DNA of 64,000 nucleotides, from positions 1,874 through 65,873 of the forward strand of contig JBAXKA010000001.1 in the NCBI GenBank assembly GCA_037137555.1. Reading direction: 5' to 3'. Made by a program: the position numbers and the translations under genes. This stretch comes from Candidatus Moraniibacteriota bacterium (lineage in GTDB: Bacteria; Patescibacteriota; Minisyncoccia; Moranbacterales; UBA2206). The number at the start of each line of letters is the position of its first letter. The stretch's first letter is position 1. Below are positions 48,905 to 58,658 of the stretch, piece by piece. The notes under the pieces were generated by a model, which did no database searches, had not been told where the DNA came from, and saw only the letters and a program-made list of their open reading frames with translations.

Positions 48905-51106
48905 ATGACCAAAAAGAAAATGGACAAAAAAATACCTCGATTGGAACCGCAATTTCATGATGTTTTGATTTGCAAAAAAAATAATTGTCGGCCATTTCTA
49001 GAAATATTAGTTGAAGAGCCAGAAAATATTTCTCATCAAAATCTGGGAATCCTTGTGGGTATTTTTCAAATCGATGATCATAGTGAAGATTCTTCCTATG
49101 TCGTGAACTATTTAATTTCTATCATAAAAAAGGAATATTTCTCGCATACTAATCGCGGACCAGTGGAAAATTTTGAATCAGCTTTGCACAAAGCCAATCT
49201 TGCTCTTGCCAAATTAGCCACCCATGAAAATATCAATTGGATTGGAAAAATTAATGCTCTTTGCGCTGTAATTGAAAAAAATAATCTTTTGCTTTCTCAG
49301 ACTGGCAATGCTTCAGCTTTTCTTTTGCGTGGTAATACTTTCACAGAAATTACTGAGTTACCCTCTGATGAAGAAAATTCCAATCCATTAAAAACATTTC
49401 AGGATGTTATTTCAGGAAAAATCGAAAAAAATGACAAACTTCTTTTTACCACCAAGGAACTTTTTGATATTTTCTCGCTAGAAGAAATTAAAAAAAGTGC
49501 TATTAAGTTCTCTCGCGAAAATTTTGTCCAATTCATAAACACGGCGCTTGTCAATGAACTCGACCAAGTTGCTACGCTAATTGTTGATATTGATGAAAAA
49601 AGCGAAGAAATAATCAGAAACACACCAGCACAAAAAACGAAAGAAATAAATGCTTTTAGCCAAAATGCTTTCAGGAAAGAACCTTCGCCGAAAACAAAGG
49701 CTCAAGAAAAAGTAAAAGAAGAATCTTTGAAAAAAGAACGCCAAGCCATGTTACAAGAATTGAAAAACGAAAAAAATGATTTTATTGATGAAAAAACTGG
49801 ACACATCTATATTAAAGAAGCAGAAACTGACTCATCGCAAGAAACTCCCACAGAAAAAATCGAATTTGATCCCTCCGCTTTCTTTGGCGAAAAATTTTCA
49901 ACGCTATCAATCTTAAGCATTAAGGCGCTTAAAAAAACAACAAATATTACACGAGATTTTTCACTTTCTCTTTGGCAAAAAAGTCGTTCAAGAATTACTA
50001 AAATAAAGCCTGGGACTAGTTGGATGAAAGATAAATCTATTGATGGACTCATTCTGCTCCTGCAAAAACCAACTGCTCTTTCACTTAAATTTATTATTTT
50101 CCTGAAAAAAAATTGGCGTGATTATAAGACAAGCAAATACTCAGAAATAAAACTAAAAAAAATTCTGCCTAATTTTTCTCGCCTAAAACAAATAATCAAA
50201 AATCTCAACCAAACACAAAAGCTTTCTGCCGTGGCAATATTAATTCTGCTTTTAATTGTGCCTTATTGGATTGCGAAGCTAGGAAATGTGCCCGAAAAAA
50301 AACCGGTCGTTGTCGAAGAGCTTCCGGCGATTGTTTTGCCACTCGAAAAAGATCTCAATGTTTCACGAATTGAAAAATTAAACGAAGTTTATCCAATAAC
50401 CGTTGCTAAAATTATTAATCTTAATAATAAATTTTTTGCCCTGAGTGATACGGAAATTATAGATTTAGAAAATAAAAAAAGTCTTTCAATTCCGAATGAT
50501 TTTCAAAATCCCGAATTATTCTTGGGCATGGATGACTTAAATTTAATCTTTCTAATCAAAAACAATCAAACAATTTCGCTCTCCCCCACAACTGGAAAAT
50601 TTCAAAACAATACGCTAGCACTTTCTTCTGGCGAAAAAATAATTGCTGCCAAAACTTATCTGACCTATATTTATTTACTTGATACAAATAACAGCCAACT
50701 CTATCGCGTGCCAAGAGCTGAAGGTGGTTTTGGCGAAAAAGCTTCCTGGCTTAAAGAAAAACTAGATTTATCCACTGCTACGGATTTCGTTATTAATGAA
50801 AATATTTTTATTATCAACAATCAAACTATTCTAAAATTATTTCGTGGAAAAAAACTTGATTTTTCTATCGAAAATACCGCCACAACAATTTTGCCAGATA
50901 AACTTTATGCCAAAAATACCAGCACTAATTTATATGTTCTTGATAAAGTCAACGCCAGAATAATAAAATTAGATGCTACTGGAAAAATTCTTGCTCAATA
51001 TTATAATCAAGCTATCACAACGACAACTGATTTTTCTGTGAATGAAGATGCTAATTTAGTTTATCTTTTGGATACAACTGGCGTAAAAAGTTTTGAAATG
51101 AATTAA
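48905..51106 (+). CDS. Large membrane protein: PP2C-like N-domain, TM, beta-propeller-like C-domain
   Basis: QTGN..AFLLRG / ISG....D.LLF pattern, one TM, repeated YLLD/LYVLD strands. Confidence 0.6.
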   Translation: MTKKKMDKKIPRLEPQFHDVLICKKNNCRPFLEILVEEPENISHQNLGILVGIFQIDDHSEDSSYVVNYLISIIKKEYFSHTNRGPVENFESALHKANLALAKLATHENINWIGKINALCAVIEKNNLLLSQTGNASAFLLRGNTFTEITELPSDEENSNPLKTFQDVISGKIEKNDKLLFTTKELFDIFSLEEIKKSAIKFSRENFVQFINTALVNELDQVATLIVDIDEKSEEIIRNTPAQKTKEINAFSQNAFRKEPSPKTKAQEKVKEESLKKERQAMLQELKNEKNDFIDEKTGHIYIKEAETDSSQETPTEKIEFDPSAFFGEKFSTLSILSIKALKKTTNITRDFSLSLWQKSRSRITKIKPGTSWMKDKSIDGLILLLQKPTALSLKFIIFLKKNWRDYKTSKYSEIKLKKILPNFSRLKQIIKNLNQTQKLSAVAILILLLIVPYWIAKLGNVPEKKPVVVEELPAIVLPLEKDLNVSRIEKLNEVYPITVAKIINLNNKFFALSDTEIIDLENKKSLSIPNDFQNPELFLGMDDLNLIFLIKNNQTISLSPTTGKFQNNTLALSSGEKIIAAKTYLTYIYLLDTNNSQLYRVPRAEGGFGEKASWLKEKLDLSTATDFVINENIFIINNQTILKLFRGKKLDFSIENTATTILPDKLYAKNTSTNLYVLDKVNARIIKLDATGKILAQYYNQAITTTTDFSVNEDANLVYLLDTTGVKSFEMN

Positions 51107-51112
51107 TTACAT

Positions 51113-51964
51113 TTATATTAGATATTTTTTCAAAAGACCCTTAAAAATTTCTTGATAGTTATCAGCTAGTTTTTTCGTTGCTTCAGGACTGAGCGTTAGA
51201 TTTTTCAAATCAGCATAAATCCCTTGTGTTGCAACACCGCTCACTCGCTCAGAAAGTAAGTGCCAAAGATCAGCATAACCGCCAATTTCAATTCCCTGCT
51301 CTGTTTTTATAATTTCTTTTACTCGTGCCAGATTTGGCCAATAACCTTTTTCCAAAAACCAAATTAAATCATAAAAATCTCGTCCACGAAAATCATATTG
51401 ATTAAGAAAGATTTTTCCCTTTCTACCCAAAATTGCTCCAATTTTTCCCGCAAATAAAGTTGGGAAATCATAACTCTCCACCACAAAAAAAAGATTATTT
51501 TTCATAATAGCGGTTTTTTGAGTCGCAAAATGCTCATAATGATTATTTTCTACCTCTATTTTCAAATGCAAGAAATTTGTTTGTGCCTTATTGTCGCACA
51601 ATCCTAATTTTTCCAATATTGGAAATTTTAAAGTAATCACCTTTCCATTGGATTTAATTGATAGTTCAGCATCCGGAAAACCCATTTTTTGAAATCTTTC
51701 CAATAAATCAACAGAAAATGCCTGTGAATCAAACTCCCGTTCCAAATTATCCAAGTCCAAATCTTCCGAAAGTCTGGCGGTTTCGCCCAAAACCCGCAAT
51801 GCCGTTCCGCCAGTAAAAATCAGATTGCTCCATCTGGGTGAATTATAAATAAAATCCAGACAAGCCAAAATCATAAATTCCTTTAATTGAATTTTTATAA
51901 TCTCCCCTGACAGCCTGCCCACTTTGCCATCCCTTACAATTTCTTCTAATTTTTCTAAAATCAT
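51113..51964 (-). CDS. AbiEii nucleotidyltransferase toxin
   Basis: FTGGTAL, RLSEDLD, K..A and GRDFYDL motifs. Confidence 0.9.
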   Translation of the reverse strand: MILEKLEEIVRDGKVGRLSGEIIKIQLKEFMILACLDFIYNSPRWSNLIFTGGTALRVLGETARLSEDLDLDNLEREFDSQAFSVDLLERFQKMGFPDAELSIKSNGKVITLKFPILEKLGLCDNKAQTNFLHLKIEVENNHYEHFATQKTAIMKNNLFFVVESYDFPTLFAGKIGAILGRKGKIFLNQYDFRGRDFYDLIWFLEKGYWPNLARVKEIIKTEQGIEIGGYADLWHLLSERVSGVATQGIYADLKNLTLSPEATKKLADNYQEIFKGLLKKYLI

Positions 51965-52590
51965 TTATGCTCAATTAATTTAATTAATTTATACACTATT
52001 TGCATTTTTTTTCCCGCAAGATTAAGATATTTTTCAAATTCCAACCAATCTTGCTTAGTAAAAACTTCAAAATTAATTCTTAAATCAAGAATATCATTCC
52101 CAGAAACAATCTTTTTTTTTCTTAATTTCAGACGCAAAAAATCAAATAGTGCCCTTGCCTTAGTTGCTTCATACCAAATCATATCTCCATACTTCTTTTT
52201 CTCAAAACCAGAAAATAACCCAGGATCAATTGAATAATAATTAAAACTACCGAATTGATTTTTGATTGTTGTTGTTTTTTTTGTAGTCATCAGTGAATAA
52301 CCAAAGACAACATCCGTGAGTGCTTGATATTCCTGCAATATAAATTCTGCACTCAAATAGCTCGGCTCAATCAATTTTGTTCCTAAAAATCTAGCATAAT
52401 AGAGAGAGTTATCACTCTTATCAATAAAATTTTTAAAAACATAAAAACCTCTTTTAACAGGCAAGAGTTCTTCTTTTTTTTGCCAATAACTAATATAATT
52501 TCGTAGCGTATTTAAATTAGGCTTATTTAAAGCCTTCCCGAGTGCAGTTTTAGAAATATAGGGCATTCGTTGTATATCCTTTTTTTCCAT
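51961..52590 (-). CDS. AbiEi-like antitoxin/transcriptional regulator
   Basis: VKRGFY, PSYLSAE and AT..RAL.D motifs; overlaps AbiEii; own TTGACA-N17-TATAAT promoter. Confidence 0.85.
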   Translation of the reverse strand: MEKKDIQRMPYISKTALGKALNKPNLNTLRNYISYWQKKEELLPVKRGFYVFKNFIDKSDNSLYYARFLGTKLIEPSYLSAEFILQEYQALTDVVFGYSLMTTKKTTTIKNQFGSFNYYSIDPGLFSGFEKKKYGDMIWYEATKARALFDFLRLKLRKKKIVSGNDILDLRINFEVFTKQDWLEFEKYLNLAGKKMQIVYKLIKLIEHK

Positions 52591-52814
52591 AGATACTTAT
52601 TTTTTTAGTATTTAGTGTCTTAATTATACACTATCAGCCCTATTGTGTCAATTATTTTTCCCTAGCCTTGACTTTTTCCCATTTTTATGCCAAGATATCC
52701 AGTCAATGCAATAATCGTTATTGTAACGACTTGGCTCTAAAATTCAAAGAGCTGAATGGTCGGCTCTTTGACAATTTTTATATAAATTAAAATTTAAAAA
52801 AGGGGGAACGGGCT

Positions 52815-53564
52815 ATGTTATCAGGAATTATCGCAGGATTGAAGAGTTTGTCTGGTTTCGGCGTAGAAGTTGCCGCCGATGCAGCAGTAATAAAAGGAAT
52901 CCCAGCCATATGGGGCTGGCTCAAGAAAAGTAGAGAAACGCTTTCTCCTGAGGCAAAGGAGAAATTAGACAAATTCCTTCTTAGTCCGATTAATTCGGAC
53001 GGAAGAACGAGGGAAGATGAAATGGTTTTTTCCGTTTCATTATTCACATTGCCAGGAGTGCCACAATGGATAAAAGAGCTTTTTATCAAGAAGCACGATG
53101 AGCTCTTGAATCCAGATTTATCAGGAAAGTCTCCTGATGAAATAAAAAAATTAAAAGAATGGGAGAGGAGGGCAAAGGGATTTATTTTCCTTATTGCCAC
53201 CGATCCCACGGTCAAGGAGATTGACGAAAGCAAGCGATTTGTTTTCGCCAAAAAAATATGGTATGGAATTTTTTCAGAAGTTGAAAAACTTCCAAGCGAT
53301 GACGCTCGACTCGAAAAGTTTGAGCGGGACATTTTGCTCTGGGGAAAGAATTACCAGGAAAAAATGTCCAAAGAAGAATTGCTAGAAAAAACTAGCGCCT
53401 TTTTTAAGGAAGCTGATTCCGTAATAGCAAGCGGAATCGACCTTATCTCGGGAAAAATAAATTCCCAATGGGACGAGATTGAAACGCAAAGAGTTGCACG
53501 TAAAAATCTCCCATGGAAGGGAAATGCAACCGAAAAAATATGGGGCTGGCTAATGGATTGCTAG
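52815..53564 (+). CDS. Hypothetical protein
   Basis: SD upstream, higher GC, amphipathic N-terminus. Confidence 0.7.
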   Translation: MLSGIIAGLKSLSGFGVEVAADAAVIKGIPAIWGWLKKSRETLSPEAKEKLDKFLLSPINSDGRTREDEMVFSVSLFTLPGVPQWIKELFIKKHDELLNPDLSGKSPDEIKKLKEWERRAKGFIFLIATDPTVKEIDESKRFVFAKKIWYGIFSEVEKLPSDDARLEKFERDILLWGKNYQEKMSKEELLEKTSAFFKEADSVIASGIDLISGKINSQWDEIETQRVARKNLPWKGNATEKIWGWLMDC

Positions 53565-53585
53565 TACCCACAATAGGAGGAAAAA

Positions 53586-54791
53586 ATGAACACGATGGGT
53601 TCATTGAGAGCGTTTTTCGCAGCTTTTCCCCGCATGGTACAAGGAGAATTGCGTGGTCTGAGGAATCTGCTTCTGCGGTTAGCAGGAGCACTTTGTTTTC
53701 TTTTTCTTTTCCAGCTGACGATGGACAGTTATATTTTTTCGTCTGTCGTAGGAATTGTTTTGTGGATATTTAGTTTTTTATGGATAGTAAATATCCGCAG
53801 GATAACAAATATGGCAATCGTCGGAGAGGCTTTTGAAGCTCTTCATATAACACCAATAACACCCGCCGAAAGATCAGCTGAAGGGGCTGCCGCAATAGTG
53901 GTCAATCCCCTCAATGATCTTTTCTGGCGGGTTTCGCTGCAACTGTTTTTTTTCATGACAGTTGCAGCGTTAGTTGTTCCGCTGTTACCATTGCGGAACA
54001 ACCCCGCGCTAGTTTTTCTTTTCCCCTTGATGCTAGTCGCTTCGGCGATTGCATTTAGGGGAGCCGTGCTCATCACGGCGAATATATTGTCCGGAATTTT
54101 CATTGCTGGACTAATCATGTTTCATTGCGGGATGTTATTTCTCCCGCAAATTCTATTAATTTTCCCATCATTCGCAACAGAGTATGTTGCGAAGTTCAGA
54201 ACGGGAAATCTCGCTGGCAGAAATGCTAGCGAGCTTGGTGAAATCGTCACAATTCGTGAGCGACAACGCCAAGAAATGGTCGCCGAGGCTATGGGAAAAG
54301 CTCGGCGATGGCAAGAACAAAATCGGGGGAAGCCTCTCCCTGTGGAAATTGAGCGAGACATAGAGGCAGCGAAGCAAGGCCTGAGTCTGGCTGAATTACA
54401 AGCCAGACTCAAGGCCGAAGCCGACGCCAAAGCGAAAGCCGAGGCGGAGGCAAAAGCCAAGGCCGAAAAAGCCGAAGCAGAAGCAAAGGCGAAAGCCCAA
54501 GCTGAAGCCAAGGCTTTGGAACTCCGCCGACAAGCTGAAAAGCTTGAGGCAGAAAAAAACAAAATAAAAACCATCAGCAATGGGTATGTTTTACGCCCTG
54601 CCGATGGTGGCGTCGTCTGCTTGACGATGCAGGCGGGCGACTGGAATGTTTTTCCAGCTAATACAAGAATGAAGGAAGCGGGTGATAAGATTCCAAGGGA
54701 AACCGGAGGGGAAATGTTCGTTTCTAGAGAAACGACCTCATGCTTTTTCCCCTCCCCTGGCACGAGGGAAATCGTGCTAACGAAAAAATAA
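53586..54791 (+). CDS. Multi-TM membrane protein with Ala/Lys/Glu-rich (TolA-like) stalk
   Basis: SD AGGAGG; several TM helices; AKAEAEAKA repeats. Confidence 0.75.
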   Translation: MNTMGSLRAFFAAFPRMVQGELRGLRNLLLRLAGALCFLFLFQLTMDSYIFSSVVGIVLWIFSFLWIVNIRRITNMAIVGEAFEALHITPITPAERSAEGAAAIVVNPLNDLFWRVSLQLFFFMTVAALVVPLLPLRNNPALVFLFPLMLVASAIAFRGAVLITANILSGIFIAGLIMFHCGMLFLPQILLIFPSFATEYVAKFRTGNLAGRNASELGEIVTIRERQRQEMVAEAMGKARRWQEQNRGKPLPVEIERDIEAAKQGLSLAELQARLKAEADAKAKAEAEAKAKAEKAEAEAKAKAQAEAKALELRRQAEKLEAEKNKIKTISNGYVLRPADGGVVCLTMQAGDWNVFPANTRMKEAGDKIPRETGGEMFVSRETTSCFFPSPGTREIVLTKK

Positions 54792-54817
54792 ATAACTTTC
54801 AACGAAAGGAGGTGAAA

Positions 54818-54848
54818 AAAGGGCAGACTCAAAATTGAGCTGCCCTTT
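54818..54848. terminator. Terminator between convergent genes
   Basis: AAAGGGCAGACTCAA/TTGAGCTGCCCTTT hairpin. Confidence 0.75.
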
Positions 54849-54880
54849 AAAATTGTCTATTTTTAAAACTTCTATAAATT

Positions 54881-55576
54881 TCATCTTAATAAGAAATCCA
54901 CTGTTTTAATTGCAATAAATCCAGATAACGCCACAACCAAACCAATAATCGAAGCCACCATTGTTTTCTTGGCTTTTTCAACCATCTTCTCATCCGTTGC
55001 TACTAGAAAATATTGAAATCCGGAAATTATAAATCCAATAATTGCAATAATCCCAACGATACTCAAAAGCCAATCAACAACATTAGTGAGAATACCTTTT
55101 ACTAAATCTGGATTGGCTGGTAATCCTACATCTGGAATATCTAAGTCACCTCCAGATGTTCCACTTTTTGTAGCTGAACAACTAACAGAATCACATGTTC
55201 CAGTGAGTGCACAACTCCAAGTCCATGGACCAGTCCCAGTAACAGAAGTGTTTGTTCCCGTAGAACAAAGATTAGTAGTAGGTTTACTTGTAAATGGACC
55301 AGAAGAACCGCATACACAGAGAGTTGCAGATCCACTTTTTGTAGCCGAACAATTAACGGAATCGCATACCCCAACAGCATCACAACTCCACTGCCACGGA
55401 CCAGCTCCTGTAACAGAAGTGTTATTTCCCGTAGTGCAAAGACCAGTGGTAGGCTTACTTGCGAATGGACCAGAAGAACCGCAAGTACAAGGTGCTGCCA
55501 AAACCTGCTCTGTCATCAAAAACCCACCCCCGAAAACTATCACCATCATCAAAAACAATTTCATTTTATTTTGCAT
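54881..55576 (-). CDS. VirB2/TrbC-like pilin-domain protein with two 57-aa six-Cys repeats
   Basis: Signal peptide; 171-bp tandem repeat (GPWxWSC); C-terminal two-TM pilin-like domain. Confidence 0.75.
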   Translation of the reverse strand: MQNKMKLFLMMVIVFGGGFLMTEQVLAAPCTCGSSGPFASKPTTGLCTTGNNTSVTGAGPWQWSCDAVGVCDSVNCSATKSGSATLCVCGSSGPFTSKPTTNLCSTGTNTSVTGTGPWTWSCALTGTCDSVSCSATKSGTSGGDLDIPDVGLPANPDLVKGILTNVVDWLLSIVGIIAIIGFIISGFQYFLVATDEKMVEKAKKTMVASIIGLVVALSGFIAIKTVDFLLR

Positions 55577-56414
55577 ATTTTTTTATTTTAAAATTTTTAA
55601 CATGTAACATTTTTGCGTTTTTACTTGTGAGCACTTTTTTACCAGTTTCACTTTCAATATCTTTGCGTGCATTCCCCGCTATTCCTCCACCAACGCGTGC
55701 CACGATTTCATTTTCAGCTAAATTTTTCGGCTCGCGTTTTTTGGAAATTTCCATCGTTGCAGTTTCTGCCAGCATATTCAAAACCAATTCCATATTGGTC
55801 ATATTATCTCGCAAATTTTCTTTTTTGAGATTTTTTAAATTTTTATACTCCTTGGTTGTGAGTCCTGTCCACGCCTGAGTAATTTCATTCGTCAAAATAG
55901 CAAATTCCAAACCTTCTTTCACTCCGCGTTTTTCCCACTCATCAGTCAAAGTTTTTCTGATTTCAATACTTTTTAATCTTTGATTAACCCAGTTTTGACT
56001 GTAGCCTTTTTGTAAATAAGTTTTCAACGCACGATCAATCGCTAATTCCGGATCGGCTGTTTCTTCCAGTCTTTCATAGCCCACCCGTGCAAGCCAAAGC
56101 TTGAATGGCTCAGCGTTTGGTGAAGGAATTGATTGGATGAGCCGAAGCATAACTTCAGTGTCCACAGTATCAGTCAAATATAACTTGCCATCGCTAGCCA
56201 ACATTTTCAGTTGGTTACATTTTGTAACCAACTCACTTCCCTCAGTTTTTAAGCGGCTCTTAAACACTTTCCAGTAATTTCTAGGGTCAGTACTTTTAGT
56301 CAGCACTCCTATGACATCAACCACTGAAAAATACCACAACTCTTTTTCCGCATCCCAATGACGACGAATTTGACTGCCTTCGAAAATTGCAACTGTTTTA
56401 ATTTTTTTTTGCAT
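55566..56414 (-). CDS. BRO-N domain protein (antirepressor/DinD-like)
   Basis: WYFSVVDVI, RNYWK, RLIQSIPSPNAEPFKLWLA and NLRDNM motifs. Confidence 0.85.
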   Translation of the reverse strand: MQKKIKTVAIFEGSQIRRHWDAEKELWYFSVVDVIGVLTKSTDPRNYWKVFKSRLKTEGSELVTKCNQLKMLASDGKLYLTDTVDTEVMLRLIQSIPSPNAEPFKLWLARVGYERLEETADPELAIDRALKTYLQKGYSQNWVNQRLKSIEIRKTLTDEWEKRGVKEGLEFAILTNEITQAWTGLTTKEYKNLKNLKKENLRDNMTNMELVLNMLAETATMEISKKREPKNLAENEIVARVGGGIAGNARKDIESETGKKVLTSKNAKMLHVKNFKIKKYAK

Positions 56415-56567
56415 ATTTTCTTATTTTAAATTTTTAATAATTATTTTTATATTTTTAGTATAGCATAAATAAAAAAAATTAACCAAGCAAAAAAGTATTA
56501 CTTTTTATATACCATAGTATATTAAATAACCTATTTTTTTCAATATTTCAAAAATAATTCCCACAAA

Positions 56568-56948
56568 CTAGATACCTCCCTGTCCAGTCAATAAGGCGTC
56601 CGCCGCATAAATTATCACTAATCCGGAAATTGCCACAACAACACCGAGGATAGAATTAACCATGGCTTTTTTGGCTAGCTTGATCTGTTCCTCCTGTCCA
56701 GCTGATGTGAGATACATTATGCCAGCAATTGCAAAACCAATCACACCAACAATTCCCACGATTCTTAATAACCAATTCAATACACCAGTAAGAATATCGC
56801 TGATAGTTGCACTTGATAGGCCAGTGTTGGTCATAGCACCAGGATCCCATCCTGTTGCCATCGCTATTTCCCCGAAAACAAATAAACCGATTACACTCAA
56901 TCCCACAACTGAAAAAACTTTTTTTATGCTTGTTTTTTTTCTTTGCAT
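56568..56948 (-). CDS. VirB2/TrbC-like pilin
   Basis: Signal peptide plus GIMYLTSAG.E....AKK..NSILG pattern. Confidence 0.75.
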   Translation of the reverse strand: MQRKKTSIKKVFSVVGLSVIGLFVFGEIAMATGWDPGAMTNTGLSSATISDILTGVLNWLLRIVGIVGVIGFAIAGIMYLTSAGQEEQIKLAKKAMVNSILGVVVAISGLVIIYAADALLTGQGGI

Positions 56949-57059
56949 TGTATTTATTTTAAATTATTAATTACACTAAAATTATAGCACAAATCTAAAA
57001 ATAAAAACAATCCCAATAAATTGGAACTGTTTTTATTTAAACTAACAAAAATATTTTTA

Positions 57060-57431
57060 CTAGAATGTTCCCGTTCCTTTGAGCATTGCGTTTGCTGCGC
57101 TAAGTGCCACAACACCAACTAATGCCACAATTACTCCAATAATAGAATTAACCATTGCGCGCTTAGCAGCCTTGATTCTGTCTTCGTCTCCCGCTGCTGT
57201 AAGATAGAGAATTCCAGAAATCGCAAAACCAATCACACCAGCAATTCCCACTGCGGTCAAAAGCCACTTCATGATACCAGTTACAATTTCCATCAATGAT
57301 CCTCCTGGAAGATTCGTTCCTCCGCCTGCTGTTGGATCGAAAGCTCCCGTAACGGCACCAAAAACCACAGCTGGCAAAGTCAATGCCAAGAGTGAAGCTC
57401 CGTATGTCAATCCTTTAATTTTATTTTTCAT
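57060..57431 (-). CDS. VirB2/TrbC-like pilin
   Basis: GILYLTAAGDEDRIKAAKR; strong SD AAGGAGGTG. Confidence 0.78.
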   Translation of the reverse strand: MKNKIKGLTYGASLLALTLPAVVFGAVTGAFDPTAGGGTNLPGGSLMEIVTGIMKWLLTAVGIAGVIGFAISGILYLTAAGDEDRIKAAKRAMVNSIIGVIVALVGVVALSAANAMLKGTGTF

Positions 57432-57470
57432 GAAAACACCTCCTTCTATTTTTATTTTTTATTTTCAAAT

Positions 57471-58634
57471 TTAGCCAGTAATCAAAATTTTTATTTGCTC
57501 GACTGCCACAAGCGAACCGAGGGCAACAATAATTCCAATGATCGCATATGTTCCCATTTTCTTAGCTGTCTTTATTCGCTCATCATCACCATAAGCTGTC
57601 ATATACATACTGCCAGCAATCACTAAACTAATTATAGCAATGATTCCCACAATCGACAAGAGCATTGACAAAACTCTTGTCGCAATATCTTTAATCGTTG
57701 GTGCTCCCTGGAGTTCACTCCCAGGCAAATTGCCTCCCAAAATTTCTTGCACTTGTGCCAAAAATGTTGGTGCCGCAATTACAATCGCCAAACCAATCAC
57801 CGCACCAGTCCAACAATCTTTCGCTCGCTTCAACATTGTAGGATCCCCCGCTGACATCATATACAAAATTCCACCCAACACAATAAAAATAATCGCCAGC
57901 GTAACCACAAAACCTTTCAAAGCAGTCAAAAGCCCAGTCAAAACCCCCTCAATACTATTAAAGTTAAGTGGATTAACAAAAGAAGCAGAGGTGCTACTAG
58001 TGCCCGAATTAGATCCTGTACAATAAGTAGTACATGCGCCCTCCTTTATTGAACCCTTTGCGCATGTTCCATCTGTTTTTGGACTATCGCAAGTTGCAGT
58101 ACTGCCACTACCATCCACACAACATTTGGAGCTTGTGCAATAAGAAGAGCAATCATTATCTTTCTTTTTGCCAACAGCACATTTTCCATCAGCATCAGGA
58201 ACTCCTGGACATTCATTGGGAGTTTTACTTTCATCAACACAACATCCTCCTTTTGTACCACCGCATTTACTAATTTGATTACAAGGTTTTTCTGTTGGTT
58301 TTCCTGATGAGCAACTCCCCCCAGGAAAAACATCCGTACATTTATCCTCACAACACCATTTTTCAGCTGTGGCACACTCCTTGTCAATTGGACTACCATA
58401 GCCAGAACATACAGAAAGATTTCCATCGCAACAACCTTCTTGCGTACCCCTTGTGTATTCAGTGCATTTTTGACAAACCCCCGCAGCTACACAATCACCA
58501 GCAGTTTCAGCTGAATGACATTGATTATTGAAATAACAACAGTCTGGATATGCATTAACAATACCTCCCCCAAAAACTCCCATCAACATAATCACAAAAA
58601 CTGCCAGACTAAAAAAATATTTTTTCTTTTGCAT
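57471..58634 (-). CDS. Cys-rich protein with two tandem VirB2/TrbC-like pilin domains
   Basis: Five CC-led Cys modules, then NPL and two YM.(S/A).GD...AK pilin-like domains. Confidence 0.75.
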   Translation of the reverse strand: MQKKKYFFSLAVFVIMLMGVFGGGIVNAYPDCCYFNNQCHSAETAGDCVAAGVCQKCTEYTRGTQEGCCDGNLSVCSGYGSPIDKECATAEKWCCEDKCTDVFPGGSCSSGKPTEKPCNQISKCGGTKGGCCVDESKTPNECPGVPDADGKCAVGKKKDNDCSSYCTSSKCCVDGSGSTATCDSPKTDGTCAKGSIKEGACTTYCTGSNSGTSSTSASFVNPLNFNSIEGVLTGLLTALKGFVVTLAIIFIVLGGILYMMSAGDPTMLKRAKDCWTGAVIGLAIVIAAPTFLAQVQEILGGNLPGSELQGAPTIKDIATRVLSMLLSIVGIIAIISLVIAGSMYMTAYGDDERIKTAKKMGTYAIIGIIVALGSLVAVEQIKILITG

Positions 58635-58658
58635 TTTATTTTAAGAATAAATTAAAAA

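Noticed and set aside
54122-54832. 236-aa minus-strand ORF and other long antisense ORFs (e.g. 52787-53332, 55086-55607, 23088-23678)
   Set aside because: Shadows of better-supported genes on the opposite strand, with no recognisable motifs.
55566-56414. Prophage
   Set aside because: The BRO-N gene is isolated; there are no structural, terminase or integrase genes.
54881-58634. Diversity-generating retroelement TR/VR pair
   Set aside because: The 171-bp repeats differ at all base types, largely at third codon positions, and no reverse transcriptase is present.
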